Below, piece by piece: positions 20,639 through 31,296 of a stretch of 64,000 bases of DNA; the first letter of the stretch is position 1, and each line of letters begins with the position of its first letter. The DNA comes from an uncultured Planctomycetaceae bacterium (GTDB lineage Bacteria; Planctomycetota; Planctomycetia; Pirellulales; PALSA-1355). Under the pieces are notes generated by a model. It was given only the letters and a program-made list of their open reading frames with translations, ran no database searches and was not told the DNA's origin. The stretch lies in the NCBI GenBank assembly GCA_963785305.1, contig CAWAUV010000004.1, forward strand, positions 192,001 to 256,000, written 5' to 3'. Position numbers and translations under genes: made by a program.

Positions 20639-23116
20639 CTATCGGCGACGCTCGCGTGGATCGCGCCGCCACTCGACGCCGGCCTCTTGCAGGAGCCCCT
20701 CGATCCAGCCGCGGTAGATTTTTTCGCGGTCGAAATTGGCGAGCGATTTGTATCGCGGATCCTTGTCCTGGCCGAATGAGGTCAGCATCGTGTCGAGCGA
20801 ACGATCGAATTCGAGCAAATGCACCACAAAAACCGTGGTTTGAGGATTGTTGGTCGTCACGGTGTAATCGTCGGGGCTCAAGTGGAACACCGCGCGCATA
20901 AACGCTTCGCCGGGAATATCGACGCCCTCGACAACACCGAACCGCGGCTGCGGCGGCTCGTTTTCACGCGGCGTGGGTCCAAACGTAATCCACGAGAACG
21001 GCGCCGGCTTCAACACGCGCAGCTCCGGCTGTTTGCCGAACAGGGCTTCGAGCGACTTCTTCTCGCGCCGCGCTTCGGCCATGTATTCCTTGGCCTTTTT
21101 CTCGGCCAGCTTTCGCGCTTCCATGAACTTCCAGGCTTGTTCGACCTTCGGCTTGGCTTGTTCAAAGGTGGGCACATGCTCGGATTCGACGCGTGTCTTC
21201 CAGGAGAGGAACTCGCGATGGGCATCCGAGGTGCGGAGCGGAGCATAGAGCCCCAGCCCGTCGCCGAAGGTTAGCGAGATGAAGTTCTGCCCGCGGAGCG
21301 AGGGATCGCTCGGGATCGAGCGGCCGATATTGGTGTCGTCGTTGGCCTGCTGGGCCGAGATCGGTCCCATCTCATGCGCCTCGAAGCCGTATTGCTTGGC
21401 GAGCGCCGCGAAGTCGAGCGGCGCCGGGCCGGCGGGCTTCTTGGCTTTGCTCGAACTATTTTTGTCGCCGGCCTTCTCGCCCTCGCCCGCCGCATCGTCT
21501 TGGGGTTCTTCGTCGAGACGCTGATCCGCGTATTCGGCCATGAGTTTCTGCAGGGCGTCCATCGAGGCAAAGAGCTGATTCGCGGTGTTTTCGCGGGCGA
21601 TGCTGGTGCGAATCGCGTCGCGCACTTTGTCGAGCGGCTCGTATTCGACCGGCGCCGGTTGATCGCTTGGCTTGTCGGGCGCCGGCTTTTCGGACGTTTG
21701 ATCGGCGGGCTTCTCGGCCGGTGGCTCGGCGGCAGGCTTGTCGCTCGCCGGCGCGGAATCCGTCGCCGGGGGCTTCTCGGCCGGAGCCGCCGGTTTGTCC
21801 GCCGGTTTGTCCGCCGGCGCCGAATCGCCGGAAGTTGCTTTTTCATCGGCATTCACAAGGCGAATCGTCGCGCGGAATCGAGCGCTCGCGCCGCTCTTGG
21901 GCGCCGGCTCGGCGGGTTTGCTTTCCGGCGGCGATGGCTCGGCCGGCTTGGTCTCCGCGGGCTTCGATTCCGCGGCTGGCTCGGCGGGCTTCGCGTCGGC
22001 GGGCTTCGCGTCGGCCGGCTTGGTCTCCGCGGGTTTCGTTTCGTCGGGCATTGCCTCCGCGGGCTTGGTTTCGCTCGATGGGGCTTCGCCGTTCGCGGCG
22101 CCCGACGTGGGCTTGCCGCTGCCCGATTCGGGCGGCAGCGTGGTTTTGCGGAATTGCGTGGCTTTGTTCTTTTCGTAATACGCCACGATTTGCGGCTCGG
22201 TCACTTCGGCTTCGGCCCGGCGAATCATGTCGTCGACGTTGGCCATGAAATACTGCACCACCACCTTTTTCGGCTCCTTGAAGCCGGGATCAGGCGACTG
22301 GGCCAGGGGTAGTTCATCGCGATGCTTGACATACAGTTTTCGCAGCTCTTGCTCGCTCGGCCGCGAGACCTCCGCAACGAAGTTGGTCACCGGCAGGGCG
22401 AGCGCTTCGATCGTGGCCCGCTGATTGGCGCGAAGATAATAATCCCATTGCTGGCCCGGGGTGACGGGGCGCAGATCGGCAATGAACATGTTGCGATATT
22501 CGTTGGCCAAGAGCTCGATGCGCAAGGCCTGAAACAATCGCTTTTGGCTGATCGGATTGTCGCGCGAGCCGAGGCTCCCGATGATTTTCGCGAGTTGCTC
22601 GCGCGTAATCGCGTCGCCAATGACATGGGAAAGAAAGTCGTTGATCGTGGCGTCGGACACCACGATTCCGGCCGCCTCGGCGCTTTTCGAGAGCACGAAG
22701 GTTTCCACGGCGCCACGATCACCGAGCGCCCGGCGGTTGTCCATGATCTCGTCGTTCGAGAGATTCATGATTTGCAGCAACTCGCCGCGCTTTTGCATGG
22801 TGAAGCTGTTGAGAAGCTGATTCTTGAAACTCTCGTTGACCTGAAACTGCTCGACCTGCCGGTGGGCGAGGGTATCGGCCAACACAATTAAAAAACTTTT
22901 CACCAGCTCGCGGCTGCCGTTCAAATTCATGAGATCGGATTCGTGCAAGGGGCCGAAATGCGCCGTGTCGACCACGACCGCGTCATCGCGCGTGCGGCTG
23001 CCGATCGTCGAGGAAACGTTGGGCAAAAACACAAAAGCGATCATCGCCAACACGCCCACACAGGCCAGGAGCACGCGTTGATGACGACGAAAAATCGTGA
23101 ACGGACTGGACATCAT
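20639..23116 (-). CDS. Membrane-anchored SurA/PpiD-like periplasmic protein with Pro/Ala/Glu/Lys-rich insert
   Basis: FRRHQR plus one transmembrane segment; AEAAGIVVSD, PSEQELRKLY and PTFEQAKPKV are PpiD-like; the extreme C-terminus may be frameshifted. Confidence 0.55.
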   Translation of the reverse strand: MMSSPFTIFRRHQRVLLACVGVLAMIAFVFLPNVSSTIGSRTRDDAVVVDTAHFGPLHESDLMNLNGSRELVKSFLIVLADTLAHRQVEQFQVNESFKNQLLNSFTMQKRGELLQIMNLSNDEIMDNRRALGDRGAVETFVLSKSAEAAGIVVSDATINDFLSHVIGDAITREQLAKIIGSLGSRDNPISQKRLFQALRIELLANEYRNMFIADLRPVTPGQQWDYYLRANQRATIEALALPVTNFVAEVSRPSEQELRKLYVKHRDELPLAQSPDPGFKEPKKVVVQYFMANVDDMIRRAEAEVTEPQIVAYYEKNKATQFRKTTLPPESGSGKPTSGAANGEAPSSETKPAEAMPDETKPAETKPADAKPADAKPAEPAAESKPAETKPAEPSPPESKPAEPAPKSGASARFRATIRLVNADEKATSGDSAPADKPADKPAAPAEKPPATDSAPASDKPAAEPPAEKPADQTSEKPAPDKPSDQPAPVEYEPLDKVRDAIRTSIARENTANQLFASMDALQKLMAEYADQRLDEEPQDDAAGEGEKAGDKNSSSKAKKPAGPAPLDFAALAKQYGFEAHEMGPISAQQANDDTNIGRSIPSDPSLRGQNFISLTFGDGLGLYAPLRTSDAHREFLSWKTRVESEHVPTFEQAKPKVEQAWKFMEARKLAEKKAKEYMAEARREKKSLEALFGKQPELRVLKPAPFSWITFGPTPRENEPPQPRFGVVEGVDIPGEAFMRAVFHLSPDDYTVTTNNPQTTVFVVHLLEFDRSLDTMLTSFGQDKDPRYKSLANFDREKIYRGWIEGLLQEAGVEWRRDPRERRR

Positions 23117-23556
23117 TGTCCTCGGGCTAGGTGGCTTAGCGGCCGTGAAGAAGGCTTGACAGCCGCAGCCGCACAGTATTAATGAATGGACTTTTGGCGA
23201 GCAGCCGACCCGCGGATGGACGGCCAATCGTCGGGTCGGCGGCGAAACGAAGGCCAAAAGCGCCGCACGGCGCCGATTGTCGTGGGATTGTAAGTTCGCG
23301 CGATGTAAATGCAATCCCAAAAAGGGCTCCCGCGTGCCGCCGCGCGGCGGAGCCAGGTAACCCTCCCGGTCCGATCGCGCGAAGGGACCCGGACTTCGAT
23401 TGTATCGAATCCACCGGCGGCGGCGAGGGTTGCGCGAAACTGTTAAGCCGGTTGTTTCGCGGTCCCTGGCTCGGTTCAAGAATCGCTCCTCCGAGCGCTG
23501 ATAGAAATCGCCTGGCCGGCTCCATCGTCACACCCCCCTGGATTTCCACCCGAACC

Positions 23557-26294
23557 ATGGCCAAAAAATCTCGCTCCCACAACGGAAAATCGCTCGTCAT
23601 CGTCGAATCGCCCGCCAAGGCGCGCACGATCAGCAAGTTCTTGGGCGCCGATTTCACGGTCGAGGCTAGCATCGGCCATGTGCGCGATTTGCCCCAGGGC
23701 GCGAAGGAAATCCCCGCTCAATATAAAAACGAGGATTGGGCCTACCTGGGCGTCAATGTGGCCCACGATTTCGACCCGGTCTATATCGTGCCGCCCGGAA
23801 AGACCGCCCAGGTTCGCAAACTCAAGGGACTGCTCAAGGACGCCAAGGACCTGTATCTGGCGACGGACGAAGACCGCGAGGGCGAGGCGATCAGTTGGCA
23901 TCTCCACGAACTGCTCCAGCCCGACGTGCCGGTGCATCGGCTCGTGTTTCATGAAATCACGAAAGAAGCCATTCAAGAAGCGCTCAACCATCCGCGCGCG
24001 ATCGATCAGGATTTAGTCAAGGCTCAAGAAACGCGCCGGATTCTCGATCGGCTCTATGGCTACGAAGTCTCCCCGCTCCTTTGGCGCAAAGTGCGACCCA
24101 AGCTCTCGGCAGGCCGGGTGCAAAGCGTGGCGGTGCGGCTTATCGTCGACCGCGAGCGGCAACGCATGGCCTTTGTCTCGGCCACCTATTGGGACCTAGT
24201 CGCTCGACTGGCGAGCGCTTCGGGCCAGGAGTTCGAGGCCGCGCTGGTTTCGGTCGATGGCCGCGAGATTCCGGTCGGCAAGGATTTCGATTCCGCGACC
24301 GGCAAGCTCAAGAACCCGAAGTTCCTGCTGCTCGACGAAAAAGCCGCCGCCGACTTGGCCGCGCGGCTCAATCGCGCCGCGTTTCGCGTTTCGGGCACCG
24401 AAGAAAAGCCCTTTACCTCGAAGCCCTCGCCGCCCTTCACGACCAGCACCTTGCAGCAAGAGGCCAACCGCAAGCTCGGCTTCACGGCCCGGCGCACGAT
24501 GAACGCCGCCCAAAGCCTCTACGAAAACGGCCACATTACCTATATGCGAACCGACTCGACCAACCTGGCCAAGGTGGCGGTCGACGCGGCCCGCGATCTG
24601 GTCGCCTCGCAATATGGCCGAGAATATATGCCCAACGAGCCGCGGACCTATCAGACCAAGGTCAAAAACGCGCAAGAAGCCCACGAAGCGATTCGCCCCG
24701 CCGGCTCGCCCTTTGCCTTGCCCGAATCGCTCCGCGGTCAACTGGGCGCCGACGAACAGCGGCTCTACGACATGATCTGGAAGCGAACCGTCGCCAGCCA
24801 AATGGCCGACGCGCGCGGACGCCGCATGACCGTGACGATCGAAGGTCGCGATGGCTCGGGCTCGCCCACGGCCCGGTTTCAAGCCGGCGGCAAGACGATC
24901 GACTTCGCCGGTTACTTGCGGGCCTATGTCGAGGGCTCCGACGATCCGCAAGCCGATCTGGCCGATAAAGATGTCGTGTTGCCGGCCATGGCGGTCGACG
25001 ATTCGCTCGCGCCCCGGGCGATCGAGGCCAAGAGCCACACCACCCAGCCGCCGGCCCGCTTCAGCGAAGCCGCTCTCACGCGGCGCTCGAGGAGATGGGC
25101 ATCGGCCGGCCGAGCACCTATGCCTCGATCATCGACACGATCGTGGCCCGCGAATATGTGTTCAAGAAAGGCACGGCGCTCGCGCCCACCTGGGTCGCCT
25201 TTGCCGTGGCCCAACTTCTTGAAGCCCACCTGCCCAAGCTGGTCGACTACGGTTTCACGGCTCAAATGGAAGACGACCTCGACTCGATCAGCCGCGGCGA
25301 GTCGGGCCATGTCGCCTATCTGCATAAATTCTACTACGGCGACGACCGGGCCTCCGAGCAAGACACCGTCGATGGCGACTCGGGACCGGGCCTCAAGAAA
25401 CAGCTCGAAAACAAAATCACCGAGGTCGATGCCCGCGAGATCAGCCGCATTCCCATCGGCAAGCCCGCGGGCGAAGAGCCGATCGTGGTGCGGGTCGGGC
25501 GATTTGGACCGTTTCTGGAGCAAGGCGATCGTCGAGCCAGCCTGCGCGAAGACCTCGCGCCCGACGAAATCACGCTCGGCAAAGCCCAAGAACTACTGGC
25601 CCAAGCCTCGCAGGCCGAGGAGCCGATCGGCGTTTGCGCCGAGACCGGCAAGCCGATCTATCTGAAGCTCGGTCGCTTCGGACCCTATGTGCAGCGCGGG
25701 AACGCCGAAGACGAAGAGAAGCCGAAAAACGCCTCGCTGCTGCGCGGCATGAAGCCCGAGGATGTGACGGTCGAAGTGGCGATGAAGCTACTCTCGCTAC
25801 CCAAGGACTTGGGCCCGCATCCGACAAGCGGCCTATCGATCGTGGTTTCCAACGGCCGCTTTGGTCCCTATGTGAAATGCGGCGACGACACACGCAGCCT
25901 GCCGGCCGGCGTGTCGCCGATCGACGTGACTCGCGAGGCGGCGCTCGAGCTGCTGGCGCAGCCCAAGGCCGCGCGGCGCGGTTTCGGCGCCAAGAAGGAG
26001 CCGCTGCGCACGCTCGATGTCTCGCCCATCACGGGGCAACCGGTGCTGTTACTCGAAGGCCGCTATGGGCCCTACCTGACCGACACCGTGACCAATGCCT
26101 CGCTGCCCAAGGGAGCGAATGCCGAAGCGCTCACGATGGCCGAAGCGCTCGAACTGCTCGCCGCCCGCGCCGCGCTCGGCCCGCCGGCCAAGAAAGCCTC
26201 GCGCCGCGCCAAAGCGCCCGCCGCGCCGAAAGCCGAAAAACCGGCGAAGAAGCGGGCCAAGAAAGCGACCAAGAAGTCATCGGGCAAGAAATAG
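23557..26294 (+). CDS. topA: DNA topoisomerase I with C-terminal repeats and basic tail (frameshift near 25080)
   Basis: LVIVESPAKA, ATDEDREGE, SAGRVQS, ITYMRTDS, AQEAHEAIRP, GIGRPSTY, four GR[F/Y]GP repeats. Confidence 0.95.
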
Positions 26295-26344
26295 GTTTTC
26301 GGGTCGCGGCGTGCTGGCCGCACAATGGGCCGCCGCCGGCGGTT

Positions 26345-28169
26345 TCACCGCATCGCGACACGTAGTGTCGCGGCATCGGTGGCTTCCGAAAAGGCGCCTT
26401 CGTACAGTGCCCAGTCCTTTCCGGATCGAAGGAGCGTCAACCCGCCCCACTCGATTGGCTTCGATTCATTGGCGGCCGAATCCACCGAATTGTTCATGGC
26501 ACGGCCCATGATATTTGCTTCCGCCGAACTGCCCAGCCGGGCGAGTGAACCGCGCACGAAGATGCGAAGCGATCGCACTCCGAGCCGCGTCGTCCCGAAC
26601 GCCGGATCGGTCTGTTCGAGACGTCCGACGATCACGAAACCTGAATCATGATCGAGGCGCCGATCGACCATTACATAGCCGGGCGGGGGCAAATCCTTGA
26701 GCTGCTCCGCCACCGGACGCTGGTTTGGACGAGGATCGGTAATCACGACGTTGATCCGTCGACGCGTAATCCAACTGACGACCGCGCTGCTGCGCGGCGG
26801 TCCCTCGGCCCACCAAATATGCGACGTCTTGGCGAGCAAAGTCGCGTCCTCGGGCACTTCGTCCGCCACGCCGGATTTCAGCGCGAGGCTCAGATTTCGC
26901 ATTGCGTCGGCTTCCATCGACTGATCGAAAATCGCGATCACATTGCGATGGGTGTCAAACGTTATCAGGGCAATACAGGCGTTCGCCGAAATCAGCGCCA
27001 CGGCGAATTTCCGTGCGTGGCGCGAGTCGAGCAACCAATTCGTCATGCCCACGGCCAACATCGCGACACCAAAGTATTGAACATAAACCGGCAGATAACC
27101 GTCTCCCATTCGTGCCCAGGCCTGGTATTTTGGCGAGAGCGCTATCGGCAGCCCAGGCAATATCCAAATCAAGGCGCCCATCGTGAGCAGCATGCGCGTG
27201 GAGGCGCGATCTTCCGCTCGCTTCTCGCTCCCATGCTTGCGCAAACAGTAAATGGTGATCACGGCCGCGGCGGCGAAGAACATCCAGTTATCCCAGCGCG
27301 AAAAAATCCGACTCGCCGACAATTGGGTCCGACTGTAACCGCCGGTGAGCGAATAGCTGCATGGCATCGCGGCCCATGCCTGCGCAAGCACCGTCTTCGC
27401 GATCGCGGTGAATTGGAAATTGGGTGAATAATCAGGAGACGCGAGGCGCGCGTTGAATCGCAGCCCAAGCGTGAATGCGACCAAAGCGAACGCCGTGATC
27501 CCGTGGGGTAGGATCGACTTCGCCGCGCGACGCCACTCGCCAAGCCATGCGTAGCTGGTGAGCAGGTACATCGGAAGGAAAAGGTAACTGATTTCGTAGT
27601 TCAAAAGCGCCGTCAGGAATAGCGCGACGCCCGCCACCAGCCAGCCGATCCGCCGCGTCTGCACATACTTCTGTTGACAGATCAGCGACAGGAGCATTTG
27701 CCCGACGAGAAATTGCAAGAGTCCCGAGAACGAAATAATCGCGTCCATGCCGGCGCGTCTGCAAAATCAAAATTGCCGACAATACGCCGAGCAAGGCGAT
27801 GGCGCGATCGACCTTCCAAATCCGCAGCAAGTAATAGAACTCAAGCAGATTCGAGATCGTGAGTAGGAGCAGGAATGCCTTATAAGCCGCCACGCTCTGA
27901 ATCAGACTATGCACGGCGTTGACGATCAGGAGATTGATCGGAAAAAACCGTCCGCCCCGCATCCACGTTTCGATGTGAAACCACATGAACTCGATGAATT
28001 CCTGCCCACGAATCAGCATCATGCCGCGATTCGGAGCATTGATGAGGTCGTCGTTGTAGAGTCCGGAACCGAGCATCGAAGATAGAAAAGCGACTCCAAA
28101 CGAAAGCACTAAAAGCAAGCCCGTCTGCTCTTTGACGATTCGCACGATCCGCCGCGCGCGCGCGGGCAA
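26345..28169 (-). CDS. Polytopic membrane protein, possibly a GT-C glycosyltransferase (frameshift near 27750; start uncertain)
   Basis: Many hydrophobic segments; N-terminal YNDD...GRFFP loop typical of GT-C enzymes. Confidence 0.5.
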
Positions 28170-28873
28170 GCGGCTCCGACGACGTTCGGCCGCGCGAATC
28201 GAAAAGAGATCATCGAGCGATTCCTGATAGGCTAAGAATGCGATGCCGCCGCCCGCGCAAACGGGGGCCCATGCGGCGCGAGGCCGCGGCCTCGCGGGGG
28301 GCGGATACTACTTGTATTCCGGCAATTTCGACAAGACGGGATTTCGCCTTTCATAGTCGCGTTTTCTCGCTTATCCCGCATTTTTCCTTCATAACCCGCC
28401 AACACCAAACCCTCCTTTTCGAGTTCGCGCGATATTGAGCGCTCGGAAAGACGAGAACAATGGGTGTTCTCGGATAGCCGCCGGGAAGGCACGGCGGAAT
28501 CGAGGAAACGAAAAGCATTTTCTTCCGCGTCCGACGCCCAAATCGAAAGGTCGCGGCGGGTGGCAGTGCGTCAATTTGTCGCGGCGCCGATTGCATGCGG
28601 CCGGTTGAGCGACACGACGTGTCGCGCCCATGACTCGCCGTGGGCCGGCGCTTCCCGGATCGCTCCTTTCGTCGCGGCCAAGGCCGCGGTAAGGTGTAGG
28701 AAGTCCCGTCCGACGCGGGGACCTATAGGGTCCACGAGCGGCGCTCGCGAATCCCTTCGGTCGGTCACGAACTGGAGCGTTTCCAACGATGACGCCACGA
28801 TCGCCTCTCGCTTCCGAGCCCGAACCCGCCGCGCGATCCCGCCGCTCGCCGTCCTTGGCGCTGCGCCGGCGCG

Positions 28874-29908
28874 GTGGCGGCGCTGTCGCTCTTCGCGGGA
28901 CTCCTCGGCTGGAGCGTGTCGCGCGATCTGCATGACCTCGGGCAAGCGTCGGCCCCGAACACGGGTGGCCAAGACGGACGCGCCGAGGTGACCGAGCTTC
29001 CCGAGGCGACCGAGCTTCCCGAGGCGACCGCGCGGAGGCAAGTCGTTCGCTGGGCGATCGTGCTGGTGATCGGACTGATATTGATCGGCGTGGCGGGACG
29101 CCTGATTGCGGTCGCTTCCCGGCTCGGCGCCCTTGCCGAGCAGGAGGAAACAATGGCGCGCTGGCGCCGGCTCGCGCAACTCGGAGAACTCACCGGAGCG
29201 ATTGCCCATGAGATTCGCAATCCCCTCAATGCCATGCTACTGAACCTGCATGCCCTCGCCCGCCACGACCGCCATCTCGACTCGGGCGGACCGCCGGGCA
29301 ATGGCGATGCCTTGGAGCGGGCGACCATCGTGCGCGAGACGAACGACGACATCAAACGGGTCGAAAGCTTGATTCAAATGCTCGTGGACTACGCGCGGGG
29401 CGAGCCAGGCCGGCCGGAAGAAATCGACGCCGCCGAGCAAATCGCCGCCGCCGTGGAGCTGCGGCGGCCAAAACTCGAAGACGCTGGCATTGCCCTGCGG
29501 GTCGTCGGCGCCGACCGACCGGCCTTGGTGCTCGTGGATCGCAATCGACTGCGGCAAACAGTGCTCGTGCTGCTCGATCGCGTGCGCGAGGCGATCGGCG
29601 CGGGCGACTTGCCCCAGGATGCCCGGCGGATCGAGGTTTCGCTGCGGCGCGACGGCAACGAGGTCGAGATTCGCGTCGAGCACTCCGGGGCGGAACACGC
29701 CGCCGATTCGGTCCATCGGCCGTTTCCGCCGCTCGAAAGCCCGCAGCCGTCGGGCGCCGAATTGAGTCTGACGCTTGTGCGGGAATTTACGCGCGATGCT
29801 TTCGGCCGCCTCGAACAAGGACGATATCCGGGACACGGCCAGAGCTACCGTGTGTTTCTCCCGGCGCGCGTCGTGCGCGAAGAACCGCTCGCTTCCACGT
29901 TGTCTTGA
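28874..29908 (+). CDS. Membrane histidine-kinase-like protein with degenerate ATPase domain (true start probably further upstream, frameshifted)
   Basis: Two transmembrane segments and H-box AIAHEIRNPL; N, G1 and G2 boxes divergent. Confidence 0.75.
   Translation: MAALSLFAGLLGWSVSRDLHDLGQASAPNTGGQDGRAEVTELPEATELPEATARRQVVRWAIVLVIGLILIGVAGRLIAVASRLGALAEQEETMARWRRLAQLGELTGAIAHEIRNPLNAMLLNLHALARHDRHLDSGGPPGNGDALERATIVRETNDDIKRVESLIQMLVDYARGEPGRPEEIDAAEQIAAAVELRRPKLEDAGIALRVVGADRPALVLVDRNRLRQTVLVLLDRVREAIGAGDLPQDARRIEVSLRRDGNEVEIRVEHSGAEHAADSVHRPFPPLESPQPSGAELSLTLVREFTRDAFGRLEQGRYPGHGQSYRVFLPARVVREEPLASTLS
28990..29030 (+). repeat. In-frame 18-bp tandem duplication (TELPEA x2)
   Basis: GACCGAGCTTCCCGAGGC occurs twice in tandem. 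Confidence 0.85.
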
Positions 29909-29928
29909 ACACGAAGGGCCCTTTTTGC

Positions 29929-31296
29929 ATGACGGATTCTCTCGCGACCATTTTGGTGGTCGAAGACGGTCAAAGCGAACGCGAGGCTCTGGTGCGGGTG
30001 CTGCGGCTCGAGCATTACAAAGTGCTCGCCGCGCGGCATCCCGACGAAGCCTTGGCGTTTACCGGCCAGCCGGTCGATCTTGTGATTAGCGACCTGCGGA
30101 TGGGCAAACGCTCGGGGCTCGACTTGCTCAAGGATTGGCGAAGCCAGTTCGGCGACACGCCCTTTATCATGATGACCGCCTTTGGCGACGTGGACTCGGC
30201 CGTGGCGGCCATGAAACTCGGCGCCGCCGACTTTCTCAGTAAACCGATCGAGCCCGAGGATTTGCTCAGCCGAGTGCGCGATTGCCTTCAGGCGCGCGGC
30301 CGTAGGGCGGGCGACGGCGCGCCCAGCGGCGAGGACTATCTGTCCCGAATCATCGGCGAGTCGCCCGGCATTCGCGAGGTGTGCGAGCAAGTGCGCAGGG
30401 TCGCGGCCACGGACACGACGGTCGTGATTCTCGGCGAACCCGGCGCCGGCAAGGAGCTCGTGGCCGAGGCGATTCATTACAACAGCCGCCGCGCGGCCGG
30501 GCCTTATGTGCCGGTCGACATGGCGGCGATTCCCGAAGCGATGATCGAAAGCGAGCTCTTCGGCCATGTGCAAGGCGCGTTCGAGGGCGCGATCGCCGAT
30601 CGCGTGGGTCGCTTCGAAGCAGCCGACGAAGGCACGATCTTTATCGACGAAATCTCCGATTTCCCGCTCGCCTTGCAAGCGAAGCTCCTGCGAGTGCTGG
30701 AGAATCAGGTGGTGATGCCGCTCGGCGCCAACCAAGGCCGCTCGGTCAATGTGCGCGTCGTGGCGGCCACGTGCCATGATCTCTCCGACCGCACGAGCGA
30801 GGGGCAATTTCGCCAAGACCTGTTCTATCGGCTCAATGTGGTGGCGATCCGCGTGCCGCCCTTGCGCGAGCGTCCACAAGACATTCCGCTCTTGGTGGCC
30901 CATTTCGTGCGTAATATCGCCCGCGCCCATGGCTCCTTGCCCTGCGAAGTGACTCCGGAGCTGATGCGCAAGTTGACCGGTTTGCCTTGGCCGGGCAATG
31001 TGCGGCAGCTTCGCAATTGCCTGGAGAGCATGATCGTGTTGGCGCCGGGCGCTTCGCTGCGCCTAGCGGATTTGCCGCCCGAACTGCTGATGGAATCGCC
31101 TATCGAGCGGCGGCCCGACGACGACACCCGCGACTCGGTGCTCGAGGAGACCAAGCGCGACGCCCTGATGCGCGCCCTGCGGCTCTATGGCGGCAATCGC
31201 ACCCGGGCGGCCGAGTATCTGGGCATTTCCGTGCGGACCGTGCAGCGCAAGCTCAAGGAATGGGGCCTTGCCGACTCGATGAAGGATGTGCCATGA
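29929..31296 (+). CDS. NtrC-family response regulator (REC, AAA+, Fis-type HTH)
   Basis: DLVISDLRM, GEPGAGKE, ESELFGH, GAFEGA, FIDEI, FRQDLFYRL, WPGNVRQL, GNRTRAAEYLGIS. Confidence 0.92.
   Translation: MTDSLATILVVEDGQSEREALVRVLRLEHYKVLAARHPDEALAFTGQPVDLVISDLRMGKRSGLDLLKDWRSQFGDTPFIMMTAFGDVDSAVAAMKLGAADFLSKPIEPEDLLSRVRDCLQARGRRAGDGAPSGEDYLSRIIGESPGIREVCEQVRRVAATDTTVVILGEPGAGKELVAEAIHYNSRRAAGPYVPVDMAAIPEAMIESELFGHVQGAFEGAIADRVGRFEAADEGTIFIDEISDFPLALQAKLLRVLENQVVMPLGANQGRSVNVRVVAATCHDLSDRTSEGQFRQDLFYRLNVVAIRVPPLRERPQDIPLLVAHFVRNIARAHGSLPCEVTPELMRKLTGLPWPGNVRQLRNCLESMIVLAPGASLRLADLPPELLMESPIERRPDDDTRDSVLEETKRDALMRALRLYGGNRTRAAEYLGISVRTVQRKLKEWGLADSMKDVP

Noticed and set aside
23557..26294. topA as a pseudogene or programmed frameshift
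   Set aside because: No slippery site is evident, and the same kind of break occurs in many unrelated genes, so sequencing error is simpler.
14481..28581. Shared CG(A/T)CA-N3-TGTCG palindromes at about 14481 and 28569 as regulator sites with sigma54 promoters
   Set aside because: Short GC-rich matches, and no correctly spaced TGGC-N-TTGC promoter was found by eye.
28464..28873. Separate gene upstream of the kinase
   Set aside because: No protein-like features; the 3' part looks like the frameshifted kinase N-terminus.
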